Under the pieces are notes generated by a model. That model was given only the letters and a program-made list of their open reading frames with translations, was not told the DNA's origin and ran no database searches. Below, piece after piece: positions 25,872-34,973 of a stretch of DNA of 64,000 nucleotides. Source of the DNA: Lactobacillales bacterium (GTDB taxonomy: Bacteria > Bacillota > Bacilli > Lactobacillales > Streptococcaceae). Within the stretch, counting starts at the first letter, position 1, and every line of letters starts with the position of its first letter. Both the position numbers and the translations under genes were made by a program. The stretch is taken from assembly GCA_031261175.1 (NCBI GenBank), contig JAISJW010000007.1, positions 12,204 through 76,203 on the forward strand, written 5' to 3'.

Positions 25872-27763
25872 TTATTTGATTATTTTGCGCTCTTCATCAA
25901 TGATTTTTATAGCATCTGTTATTTCATCTTCACTATATGCAAGAGCCTTCAACATCTCTTTAATTAATATCTTTTGTCTTGCTTCTATTTTGTCTTTGTT
26001 CCAAGCCTTTTCATCTTTTAAAGTTTTATTTAACCACAATCCATTATTAAAGCCAATGTTACTTACCGTTCCATCTTCCTTAGTTACAACGGCATTTTGT
26101 TTTGACTCGAAAGAACTATTGGCTAGATTTGAATTATAATCTGTCAAAGTTAAATTTCCTATTTTATGTACAACTTCTGCTTGGATTTCACCAGCTTTCT
26201 CTTTATCTTCATCTAAAGCTTTACTCCAGCCGTTAGGCAGTTTATCATCTTGTGGAAGTATGTGTTCTATACTCCATTTCGAACCCTCAATCCATAAATT
26301 TTTAGAATACTCATTAGTATCTGGTTCGTTATTCTCCTCAACTTGGCGCAATAAATAATTAACGGCATTTCTAAATTCTAAATATGCATCACCATTTAAC
26401 GCTTTTGCAACCAGTGTCATATCACTTGATTTCTCTTCTAATTTTTGTTCTACAATTTCAACAATATTATCTGCTTTCAATTGCTTATCTTCAATTTTTT
26501 TTATCAAATCCATAAATAAATCTTCTAACGTATTAGATGCAGGCGAATTAGTAATTGATTTTTTAGCAAAAAACACAATTAATTTATCTAAAATTTTATT
26601 AATAAGTTTTGCATTCATATCAAATGAATCTTTATTTTTCAACAAGCGCATTAACAATATAACAGAAAAAAGCCCTTCAGTCATGCGCAACTTATTAAGT
26701 AATTTGCGCGTATTATCATCTATTAAATCTAAATATTCTTCAGTTGATTCTCCAATTAATATCGAGAATATTTTTGCATTAGTCGATAAATCTTCTAAAA
26801 ATGCGCTTGGAGATTCGTTTTTTATAGCTATGATTTTTTCATATATTGTTATTACGTTTTGTTTTCCTGCTTTGTGTCCCAACGGAAACTCTTGGCTAGA
26901 AGTTTGCCCGCTTCCCACAGCGTGATTATTATATTCTTTACGGAAAGCATCGTAATTGTATCTTAAAAAACGCTCGTGATTTTGTGTTTTTTCTCCCAAA
27001 TAATCCTTTATTGTTTTCCAAATTTCACCAGCATTTTCTACATTTTCTTCTTTTTTTTCCACCTCGGAAATTACAATGTTTTTCACTAAATCAGTTATCG
27101 TTAAAGGCTCTCCTCTGTAATTAATAGCACCGAATAACAAACCCGCATCTGCAACGCTAGCTACATTGATATCTATTAATACTAAAGAATTTACTTTACG
27201 TAAAAGTTCCCATATTTTTTCATTGTCATCAGAAATATAACTTTCAATCGATTTCTGATAAAACGCAAATGCAGTATGCATTCTTCTGTTTTTAATATTA
27301 GGTATTGATTCTGTTCCTAGCGTATTCAGACCGTTTTCTTTTAATAAAATTTGCCATGAAATATCATTATATTCTTCCGCTTGCGGACTAATTACAATTG
27401 ACTCTAACGTTGGATCATTGCGCATTAACCTATTTTGCAATCCAGCGTATTCTTCGGTCAACGTTCTATCATCCGCATTAGGGACTAACCCTTTATCTTT
27501 GATTTTATTTAAAATAGCCAATAAAAAATACTGGTTGTAATTAGTCTTTGTTGGCCATCAATTATTTCGAAAACTTTATCATCTTTTGTTTTTTTTGTAA
27601 TTACAGATCCTATAAAATATTCATAATCATTGTCTGTTATATCCTTAAATAAATCTTCCTGATTTTTTTTAGTCCAAGAATAGGGTCTTTGGTAAACTGG
27701 AATCTTATAACGTTTATCCGTTAAAAATTCTTTAATAGTAAATCTTTTTGGCGTAATGTCCAT
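25872..27763 (-). pseudogene. GmrSD-type (DUF262 + DUF1524) type IV restriction enzyme gene, frameshifted
   Basis: N-fragment 27509..27763 carries DUF262 motifs (KIPVYQRPYSW, IIDGQQRL). C-fragment 25872..27521 carries a DUF1524/His-Me motif (WSIEHILPQ...HKIGNLTLTDYNSN). The frames differ, and the junction lies at a homopolymer run near 27523..27528. Confidence 0.75.
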
Positions 27764-27796
27764 TTTTTACCTCGCGTATAATTTGTAATTTAAGAG

Positions 27797-29242
27797 TTAT
27801 ATAAATAAATTTTTAATTTGCTTGTATATGTATTTCTTGTTAATCCACCATGCTTGTTTTGTCATATAAGTATCAGAATGTTCTTCTCTTACTGTTTCCG
27901 GAAGGTTTTTCCATTTTATTTTCGATGGAAGTTCATCGCTATGAGGTCCTTCAACATACGATGTTTGTGCGGCAGATACTTTGCTAAATAAAATATTTGT
28001 TTTCGATGAATTTATAAAATTAGTTGTTCTTTTTCTAGATTTTTCTGTTTCTATATAAGTTATTTCAACGCCGTTTTTTATTTTATAGACAGTATCTTCC
28101 CAAACGGCTCGAACACTTCCCTCTATATCTTCGTCAGGAACACAAAAGAATTTGGCTCCTTTAAGATATTGTTCTTCGCCTTGCTTCTCGAATACAATAA
28201 TTAGGAACTTAGTGTCTTGTAAAAATTCTCTTAGTTCACTTGTCTCCCAAGTTTCTCGTGATGTTTCATGGAATTTGTAATTGAATAATTTAAATTCTTC
28301 TTTTAACGCTGTTTTCCCTTTTTCAACAACTACCGTTTTAGGCTTTATATTAGCTTTTTGGAATTCTTGAACAACCTCCAAATCATTATCCACATCAAGA
28401 ATGTTCTTTATTATTTGTTTTGCTATCTCAGGATTAGTTGCCTTTGTATCATTTTTTATAGAAAAGCGTTTTGCTAAATCGTCTCTTGATTGCCCAGAAA
28501 ATTTATTTATTTTTTCCAAAATAAATTCTTCTAGTGATTTTGTTTTCAGTTGTTTCGAATCTTTAATAACTGACTCACTAGGTTCGTCTCCCAATACGTA
28601 AGTATTATACAAATAAGTCATGTATCCACTTTTTAAAGAATAAGCTCTTTGTTTTGCTTTTTTATCAGAAAAAGGCTGATTTCTTACGGTATCTGAATTA
28701 GCTCCTTTAGTGCACGGAGATAAATATGTTGTCAAACTTTCTGAAAGCTCATGAGCTTTACCTTGTTTTACATAGTCATCAATGATTTCCCAGTCTTTCT
28801 TTATTATTTCGAAATCGACCTCGTTTTTCATCATTTCGTATAAAGCGACGTTTTTTATTACATACTCATCTTTTGTTTTGCATCGTTCCCATTCATAGAA
28901 AGCCAGCTCGAGAGTTCCATTTTTATAAAGAAAGTGGCTCGATTCAAATTTCTCATTTACTATTTCCATATAGTTTATGATATTAAGAACAAGACGTTCT
29001 TTCGCACTATATTTTCCATTTTTATTCTTTTTTATCGGAGTGGCTTTTAATTCAACCCCCACTTCTGTTATATCAGGCGCACTTTCGTTATCCGGAGCTT
29101 TTCCGAACCACGCCTCCCAGGCGGCCCCCACTCCGTGCTTTCCGCCTGCAAGTGTTTTTCCGCCATTAATTTCTTTGACGGTCTTATCTACAGCTTCCAG
29201 AGCTCTTTGGTGAACTTCTGCCTTTGATTTGAATTTATCCAT
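27797..29242 (-). CDS. Sau3AI-family type II restriction endonuclease (GATC-type, MutH/Sau3AI fold)
   Basis: 481 aa. Long stretches match my memory of Sau3AI: GVELKATPIKKNKNGKYSAKERLVLNIINY, KAHELSESLTTYLSPCTKGANS, AKQRAYSLKSGYMT. Confidence 0.85.
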   Translation of the reverse strand: MDKFKSKAEVHQRALEAVDKTVKEINGGKTLAGGKHGVGAAWEAWFGKAPDNESAPDITEVGVELKATPIKKNKNGKYSAKERLVLNIINYMEIVNEKFESSHFLYKNGTLELAFYEWERCKTKDEYVIKNVALYEMMKNEVDFEIIKKDWEIIDDYVKQGKAHELSESLTTYLSPCTKGANSDTVRNQPFSDKKAKQRAYSLKSGYMTYLYNTYVLGDEPSESVIKDSKQLKTKSLEEFILEKINKFSGQSRDDLAKRFSIKNDTKATNPEIAKQIIKNILDVDNDLEVVQEFQKANIKPKTVVVEKGKTALKEEFKLFNYKFHETSRETWETSELREFLQDTKFLIIVFEKQGEEQYLKGAKFFCVPDEDIEGSVRAVWEDTVYKIKNGVEITYIETEKSRKRTTNFINSSKTNILFSKVSAAQTSYVEGPHSDELPSKIKWKNLPETVREEHSDTYMTKQAWWINKKYIYKQIKNLFI

Positions 29243-29251
29243 ATAAGCACC

Positions 29252-30562
29252 TTATCCATTTTCTATGCTGTACAACTCATCACCAATCCGTTTTACGATT
29301 TGCGTCACCAACGCGTTACCCATGAAGAACATGCGCATTCTATCGCTGACTTCAACTTCTTTCCCATCTCTGGTTTTCTTCACTTTTGTCCAATCTTTCG
29401 GGAAACTCTGCAATTGTTCCGCCTCTATTGGCGTTAAAATTCGGTACCGACCATCTGTTTTCAAAAAATGTGTCGATCTATTGATTGACCCTTCCGAAGT
29501 CAGCATCGTTCTGCCTGGAAGATGCAATTCATCTACTGGTGACATTCCACCTTCTGCATAAATCCACTCGTGACCTTCTTTTGTCACTTTCGGAATTTTT
29601 TTAGCTGCGCGAAGATATTGGAACTTCTCGATTTTTTCTTTATCTGAAATATAATATTTCTCGTCAATTTCTTCTTTAGACTGAATGATTTCGGCAAGAG
29701 GAATCGGGCTTTCATCCCCAACTGGCTCCGTATCAATAGTGTAGTATTTTCCGAAACGCATAACACCAGAATTCCAAACCTTACCGCTAAAGTTGTCAGA
29801 TATTTCTACCATATCATCATCTAACTCATAGGCCGCATGACGATTTTTAACTGCTGTTTCTTTCACAGGAAATTGACTAGCGAATAAACCTTCTTTGAAT
29901 ATATACTCATCATATTTATCTGCTTGGAATGCTTTTTTTGATTTAGCCGTATCATTGAATTGCTTGTTAATTTTTTTTGCAAATTCGGTATCATTTCGAT
30001 AAACAAAAATAAATACACGTCTTCTTCGTTGTGCACATCCATAATCAGCAGCGTTAATAACGCGCCATTCAACTGAATAATTTAGTTTGTTGAATTCTGA
30101 CAACATGATTGCGAAATCTCGTCCGCGTTGTGTAGATGGTGACTTCAACAAGCGATCGACATTTTCTAAAACTAAATATTTAGGTTTTATGTTACTTACA
30201 GCTCTAGTAATCTCCCAAAATAGAACACCCTTTTTACCTGTAATACCTGTCTCGTTAGTTAAACTACGCGCCACCGAATAATCTTGACAAGGGAAACCAC
30301 CGACAATCAAATCAGCATCCATTTTTTTGAATTCTTTATCCGTAATTTCAGCAATGCTCTTATTAATATTTTCACTATCTGAAAAATGATAATCATAAAC
30401 TTCAAATGCATCTTGCGCTTTTTTCCCTGGCTCAAACTGGTTGGCCCACTTCGTTTTATAAAACTCCGGATGGCTTGCTTCAAACCCAACCCTGAATCCT
30501 CCGACACCTGCAAATAACTCTAATACTTTTAATTCTTTACTCACAATATTTACGAGCTCCAA
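29252..30562 (-). CDS. DNA (cytosine-5)-methyltransferase, partner of the Sau3AI-like enzyme
   Basis: C5-MTase motifs LELFAGVGGFR (I), GGFPCQDYS (IV), ENV (VI), QRRRRVF (VIII), GNA (X). The start may be GTG 30544 rather than TTG 30562. Confidence 0.9.
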   Translation of the reverse strand: MELVNIVSKELKVLELFAGVGGFRVGFEASHPEFYKTKWANQFEPGKKAQDAFEVYDYHFSDSENINKSIAEITDKEFKKMDADLIVGGFPCQDYSVARSLTNETGITGKKGVLFWEITRAVSNIKPKYLVLENVDRLLKSPSTQRGRDFAIMLSEFNKLNYSVEWRVINAADYGCAQRRRRVFIFVYRNDTEFAKKINKQFNDTAKSKKAFQADKYDEYIFKEGLFASQFPVKETAVKNRHAAYELDDDMVEISDNFSGKVWNSGVMRFGKYYTIDTEPVGDESPIPLAEIIQSKEEIDEKYYISDKEKIEKFQYLRAAKKIPKVTKEGHEWIYAEGGMSPVDELHLPGRTMLTSEGSINRSTHFLKTDGRYRILTPIEAEQLQSFPKDWTKVKKTRDGKEVEVSDRMRMFFMGNALVTQIVKRIGDELYSIENG

Positions 30563-30577
30563 AACTCAAGAGTTTTG
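30560..30577. promoter_or_regulatory. 18-bp palindrome in the leader of the methyltransferase operon
   Basis: caaaactc-aa-gagttttg. Read in the sense of the minus-strand gene it is caaaactcttgagttttg, identical to 30715..30732. It lies just downstream of a TGgTATAAT box (minus strand, + strand coordinates about 30604..30612). Confidence 0.6.
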
Positions 30578-30669
30578 AAGCTTCCTTTCTGAAATTTAAG
30601 AATATTATACCATAAAAGCGGCTTTCTATCTACCTTTTTCACCTTTGAACATCGCAGATCAATAGATTT

Positions 30670-30705
30670 AAAAGCCCAGAAAACTTGCCATTTTCTGGGC
30701 TTTTT
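30670..30705. other. terminator-like hairpin inside a divergent promoter region
   Basis: aaaa gcccagaaaa cttgcca ttttctgggc ttttt. It is a 10-bp stem flanked by an A-run and a T-run. No annotated gene ends here on either strand. Confidence 0.5.
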
Positions 30706-30714
30706 AGCTATACC

Positions 30715-30732
30715 CAAAACTCTTGAGTTTTG
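30715..30732. promoter_or_regulatory. 18-bp palindrome in the leader of the NUDIX/type IV operon
   Basis: caaaactcttgagttttg, 13 nt upstream of ATG 30746. Confidence 0.6.
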
Positions 30733-30745
30733 AACCCTTGAAAAT

Positions 30746-31147
30746 ATGGCTAAAAAACTAATCAAAGTCGTTGGTGCAATCATCATAAAAGACGATGAAA
30801 TCCTTTGCGCACAGCGGGGTTATGAAAAGTCGCTACCAGGTCTTTGGGAATTTCCAGGTGGAAAAATCGAGCAAAACGAAACTCCTCGAGAAGCTCTGAA
30901 AAGAGAACTTGTCGAGGAGTTACATATCGATGTTCAACCGGACGAACAACCGTTTGAAACGACTACCTATGAATATGATTTTGGCATCATCGAACTGACA
31001 ACTTTTATCTGTGAAATCACCGACAATCAACAGCCTATTTTGACCGAGCATATCGCCATCAAATGGCTCAAACCATCAGAACTAAACGAACTCGATTGGG
31101 CGCCAGCCGACTTGCCCGCAGTTGAGAAATTAGGAGGCCTCCAATGA
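30746..31147 (+). CDS. MutT/NudG-type NUDIX (deoxy)nucleoside-triphosphate pyrophosphohydrolase
   Basis: NUDIX box GLWEFPGGKIEQNETPREALKRELVEELHI. 133 aa. The stop overlaps the start of the next gene (ATGA). Confidence 0.85.
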   Translation: MAKKLIKVVGAIIIKDDEILCAQRGYEKSLPGLWEFPGGKIEQNETPREALKRELVEELHIDVQPDEQPFETTTYEYDFGIIELTTFICEITDNQQPILTEHIAIKWLKPSELNELDWAPADLPAVEKLGGLQ

Positions 31148-33945
31148 GCGAACATCTTGAACTTGCGCTAAGAAAAGGGTTCATCAACTACAATCAGGAT
31201 GCGTTTGACGTTTATGAGCCGAAGTTGATTACGAACGATCAGGAAAATAGAATTTTCACGCTGAACGCTTTGCAGGAACAGCTCGACACCTGTAAATCTT
31301 TTTTTATTTCGGTTGCATTCGTTACTCAGTCGGGGCTAAACGGGCTCAAAAGTCACTTCAGCGATTTGGCGTCGAACGGTGTGCGCGGGCGGCTTTTGAC
31401 TAGCAACTATCTCGCGTTTAACTCGCCGGAGGTTTTTCGCGACTTGCTGAAGATTCCGAATCTCGATGTTCGCATCACCGAGGCGGCTGGTTTTCATGTT
31501 AAGGGTTATCTGTTCGAGCAGGCCGACTATGAAACGATGATTATCGGCAGTTCTAATCTGACAATGAATGCGCTCAAAACGAATGTCGAGTGGAATGTGA
31601 AGCTGACTAGTTTCGAGAATGGCGATTTGCTTCGTTCTACTAAGAACGCTCTCGAAACGATGTGGGATGCCGCTAAGCCGTTGAACGAAGATTGGATTAA
31701 CATCTATAAAATCAGCTGGAAGCCTAAGTTCTCTAACGTTATTTACGAGCCCGAGTCCGTTTATTCGACCATTCGGCCTAACTCTATGCAATTGAAGGCA
31801 CTTGCCGGGCTGCAACAACTTCGCAAAGAAGGCAAGTCAAAAGCGCTCCTTATCTCCGCTACCGGGACCGGAAAGACTTATCTTTCCGCTTTTGAAGTTC
31901 GGCAAGTTAATCCCGAAAGGATGCTGTTTATTGTCCATCGCGAGCAGATTTTAAAGGCAGCGATGACTACTTTTCAAAACGTCATTGGCGGTTATGATTC
32001 GGATTTTGGTCTGTATACCGGAACTTCGAAAGATCTTAATGCGAAATATTTATTCGCTACAATCCAATCGATTTCTAAGGATGACGCACTTTCAGAATTT
32101 GCTCGTAATCACTTCGATTACATTATTATCGATGAAGTTCACAAAGCTGGTGCTGCATCTTATTTGAAAGTTCTTGATTATTTCGAACCATCGTTTTTAA
32201 TGGGGATGACAGCGACTCCTGAGAGAACCGATGATTTCAATATTTTTGAATTATTCGATTACAACATAGCTTATGAAATTCGCTTGCAAGAAGCGATGGA
32301 AGCTGACCTACTATCACCTTTTCATTATTTTGGTGTTAGCGATTTTGTCCGCGATGGATTAACGGTTGATGAAACCTCTAAATTACAATACTTAGTCGCT
32401 GATGAACGCGTTGATTATTTGCTCAAAAAAATTAAATATTACGGTGTCTCTGGCTCGAAAGTTCGCGGGTTAGTTTTCTGCCCTAGCATCGAGGTCGCTA
32501 TGGAAATGAGTTCTGCCTTTAATGATCGCGGTTTTAGATCGGTCGCTCTTACGGGTGCCGCCTCAATTGCCCAACGGGAAGAAGATGTCGCCCGGCTAGA
32601 AACTGGGCCGCTCGATTATATTTTTACGGTCGATATTTTCAATGAAGGCATCGATATTCCGAGTGTGAATCAAGTTATTCTGATGCGCAATACAGAATCT
32701 AGCATTATTTTTATTCAGCAACTAGGGCGCGGTTTGCGCAAACATTCTTCCAAGGAATTTGTGACGATAATTGATTTTATCGGTGCCTATAAAAATAACT
32801 ATATGATTCCGGTTGCGCTGACTGGCGATAATTCTGGGAATAAGGATAATTTGCGACACGGAACTTTTGACACTAATTATATCAGCGGCGTTTCCTCTAT
32901 TAATTTCGAGGCGGTGGCTAAAGAGCGCGTGTTCGAGGCTATTAATAACGCTAAGCTAGATGATGCTAAGCGTTTGCGCGAAGCTTATCATGCTTTAAAA
33001 AATCGTTTGAATCGCAAGCCTATGCTCATTGATTTTCTCGAACAAGGTTCTGTTGATCCATATCTAATTGCAAATAAATATGATTCTTATTATTCGTTTC
33101 TCGTTAAAATAAATGAGGCCGAATCCGTTTTAAATATTTCTGCTCAAAAACTTTTAAAATTCGCTTCTCGAGAGTTATTGCCTGGTCTTCGGCGGGATGA
33201 ACTGGATTTATTAGTTGATTTGTTAGCAGGAAAATCAGTTTCTGCCGCTTCACTTGCCCACACTAATGTCCTTTCCGTTTTAGACTGTTCTTGGTTTAGC
33301 GGAAGCGATAAAAAGACGTACGAGGGTTGTGCGCTTATAAAAGTAGATAATGAAATTATTAATCTATCTGATGATTTTCGAAGAGCTTTAGATAACGATT
33401 ATTTTGCACTGTTATTTAGCGATTTACTTGCCACGGGTCTTGAAAAAGCGAAGAAATATTCAGCTGCACGTTTGACTCGCTATGCTAAATATACGCGGAA
33501 GGATGCCATTAAATTGCTGGGGTGGAACGAGCAGATGGTGGCGCAAAATATCGGTGGTTACGCGTGTAACGAAAATGATTTTGCTATTTTTATTACGCTA
33601 CATAAGGGTGATGATTTCGCTGGCGCACAGATGACATACGAGGATGAATTGATTTCGCAGAACACTTTGAAATGGTTCACTAAGTCGCCTAGGACGATTA
33701 ATTCTCCCGAAGTTGTCAAACTTTTAAACTACTATAGCGATTACGGTATTCACGTATTTATGCAAAAAAACGATGATGAAGGTGGCATTCAATTTTATTA
33801 TTTAGGCGAGGTTTACCCGGATAAAAATTCTATTTTAGAGGTTGAAAAGCCTGTAAAAGATGGCACTCTGAAACCTGTCGTTGAAATGAATTTGCATTTC
33901 AAAGAGCCTATCGATTATAAATTATTTAAATATTTAACCGATTAA
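31144..33945 (+). CDS. SauUSI-like enzyme: PLD-family nuclease + SF2 helicase + DUF3427-like C-terminal domain (putative modification-dependent type IV restriction enzyme)
   Basis: PLD HxK motif HVKGYLF...IIGSSNLT. Helicase motifs SATGTGKT, IIDEVH, MTATPER, QQLGRGLR. The C-terminus (GWNEQMVAQNIGGY...WFTKSPR...FYYLGEV) resembles DUF3427. Confidence 0.75.
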   Translation: MSEHLELALRKGFINYNQDAFDVYEPKLITNDQENRIFTLNALQEQLDTCKSFFISVAFVTQSGLNGLKSHFSDLASNGVRGRLLTSNYLAFNSPEVFRDLLKIPNLDVRITEAAGFHVKGYLFEQADYETMIIGSSNLTMNALKTNVEWNVKLTSFENGDLLRSTKNALETMWDAAKPLNEDWINIYKISWKPKFSNVIYEPESVYSTIRPNSMQLKALAGLQQLRKEGKSKALLISATGTGKTYLSAFEVRQVNPERMLFIVHREQILKAAMTTFQNVIGGYDSDFGLYTGTSKDLNAKYLFATIQSISKDDALSEFARNHFDYIIIDEVHKAGAASYLKVLDYFEPSFLMGMTATPERTDDFNIFELFDYNIAYEIRLQEAMEADLLSPFHYFGVSDFVRDGLTVDETSKLQYLVADERVDYLLKKIKYYGVSGSKVRGLVFCPSIEVAMEMSSAFNDRGFRSVALTGAASIAQREEDVARLETGPLDYIFTVDIFNEGIDIPSVNQVILMRNTESSIIFIQQLGRGLRKHSSKEFVTIIDFIGAYKNNYMIPVALTGDNSGNKDNLRHGTFDTNYISGVSSINFEAVAKERVFEAINNAKLDDAKRLREAYHALKNRLNRKPMLIDFLEQGSVDPYLIANKYDSYYSFLVKINEAESVLNISAQKLLKFASRELLPGLRRDELDLLVDLLAGKSVSAASLAHTNVLSVLDCSWFSGSDKKTYEGCALIKVDNEIINLSDDFRRALDNDYFALLFSDLLATGLEKAKKYSAARLTRYAKYTRKDAIKLLGWNEQMVAQNIGGYACNENDFAIFITLHKGDDFAGAQMTYEDELISQNTLKWFTKSPRTINSPEVVKLLNYYSDYGIHVFMQKNDDEGGIQFYYLGEVYPDKNSILEVEKPVKDGTLKPVVEMNLHFKEPIDYKLFKYLTD

Positions 33946-34035
33946 AAAGGGCTATGCTGTGTGATTTTTAGGTCGCATAGCATAGCTTTTCGGGTTTAAT
34001 TGCCCGGGTTTCGCTCTTTTCGAACAAAAGAAAAA

Positions 34036-34063
34036 CACCTCACCGGATCCGGGCGAGGTGTTT
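34036..34063 (+). terminator. weak terminator-like hairpin after the helicase gene
   Basis: cacctc-a-ccgg-at-ccgg-gc-gaggtg followed by only ttt. Confidence 0.35.
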
Positions 34064-34135
34064 ACGTGTGTAAACCCTGTACTAGCAGGGGAGACCTACG
34101 ACTTGCGCAGGAAGCAGGTTGAACTTAATCAACGA

Positions 34136-34151
34136 ATATATATATATATAT
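34136..34151. repeat. (AT)8 microsatellite
   Basis: atatatatatatatat, read directly from the sequence. Confidence 0.9.
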
Positions 34152-34313
34152 CTATTCTTCTAGGCCGATGGCCTTTCTTTGCAAACGGTTAGACTCACTT
34201 GCTACGTACATAAGGAACGTTCTGAATTCTTCCGGAGTAGCATTTTTGGATAATTCTCCATAACTTCTATTATATTTTTCAGCGATTGCTTCTGCTTTTT
34301 CTTTTTCAGTCAT
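34152..34313 (-). CDS. 53-aa hypothetical protein overlapping the end of the zeta-like gene
   Basis: My own translation: MTEKEKAEAIAEKYNRSYGELSKNATPEEFRTFLMYVASESNRLQRKAIGLEE. Strong RBS ggagga 8 nt upstream. The ATG overlaps the upstream stop (AATGACTGA). Below the ORF-track size cutoff. Confidence 0.4.
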   Translation of the reverse strand: MTEKEKAEAIAEKYNRSYGELSKNATPEEFRTFLMYVASESNRLQRKAIGLEE

Positions 34314-34973
34314 TTAGTTTATCCTCCAATTCTTCTCTAGTATATTCATTTGGTAATGCTGATTTGATATTTATTTCATTTTTAATTATACCATAAATAT
34401 TATTTTGATAGTCCTTGAAAACTATATTAACTTCAATTTCTTTATCAAATTTTTCTTTCGCCCTAATAATATTTTCACGCGCTTTAAAATATGAATTGAT
34501 AAATCTTTCTTTCGGCACGAATCTTCCCTCGACAATTTCGCGCGCTCTAGTAAACTCCCAAGCTATGTATGGATCCTGATAGATGTAGTAAACCGTTACA
34601 TCATACCCCCTTTTCAAAGCCCTTTCAATATTTTGTTGCGCCCTTTCCAAAGCAAATGTCCCGTCTAATATAAATGAATATCCGCTCTTTAACACGTGAT
34701 CAAGTGTAATATCAACCAATCTCGCTGCACCTCTTTGGAAATCGTTTGAATTACTCCCGTCGTATCCTGGGAATTTACTCCTGAATACATCGGCATCTAT
34801 ACGCATAAATTATCAATTAATTCTGTCAGCGCAATTGCCGTTTCCGTTTTTCCCGACCCTGGGCTACCTGCCATAAAAATTGCTACTTTGTCCTCCTTGA
34901 CATCATTTCCTTCTATAACTTCCTCGATAAATTTTTGCTTGTTCTTTTTCGCAAACTCTAAACTTTCATCCAT
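34306..34973 (-). pseudogene. zeta-toxin-family P-loop kinase gene, split by a frameshift
   Basis: The N-fragment (about 34797..34973, 58 codons by my reading) contains Walker A MAGSPGSGKT. The C-fragment 34306..34806 (RIDADVFRSKFPGYDG...) is in another frame. Coordinates of the N-fragment are +/-1. Confidence 0.6.

Noticed and set aside
30550-30786. A 78-aa ORF spans the divergent promoter region between the methyltransferase and NUDIX genes.
   Set aside because: It runs through both 18-bp palindromes, the orphan hairpin and the start of the NUDIX gene on the opposite strand. It has no RBS and is most likely spurious.
33946-34135. The region after the helicase gene might hold an attachment site or a tRNA fragment marking the island or recombinase-module boundary.
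   Set aside because: It contains small hairpins, but I found no cloverleaf-compatible sequence and no direct repeat matching another position in the window.
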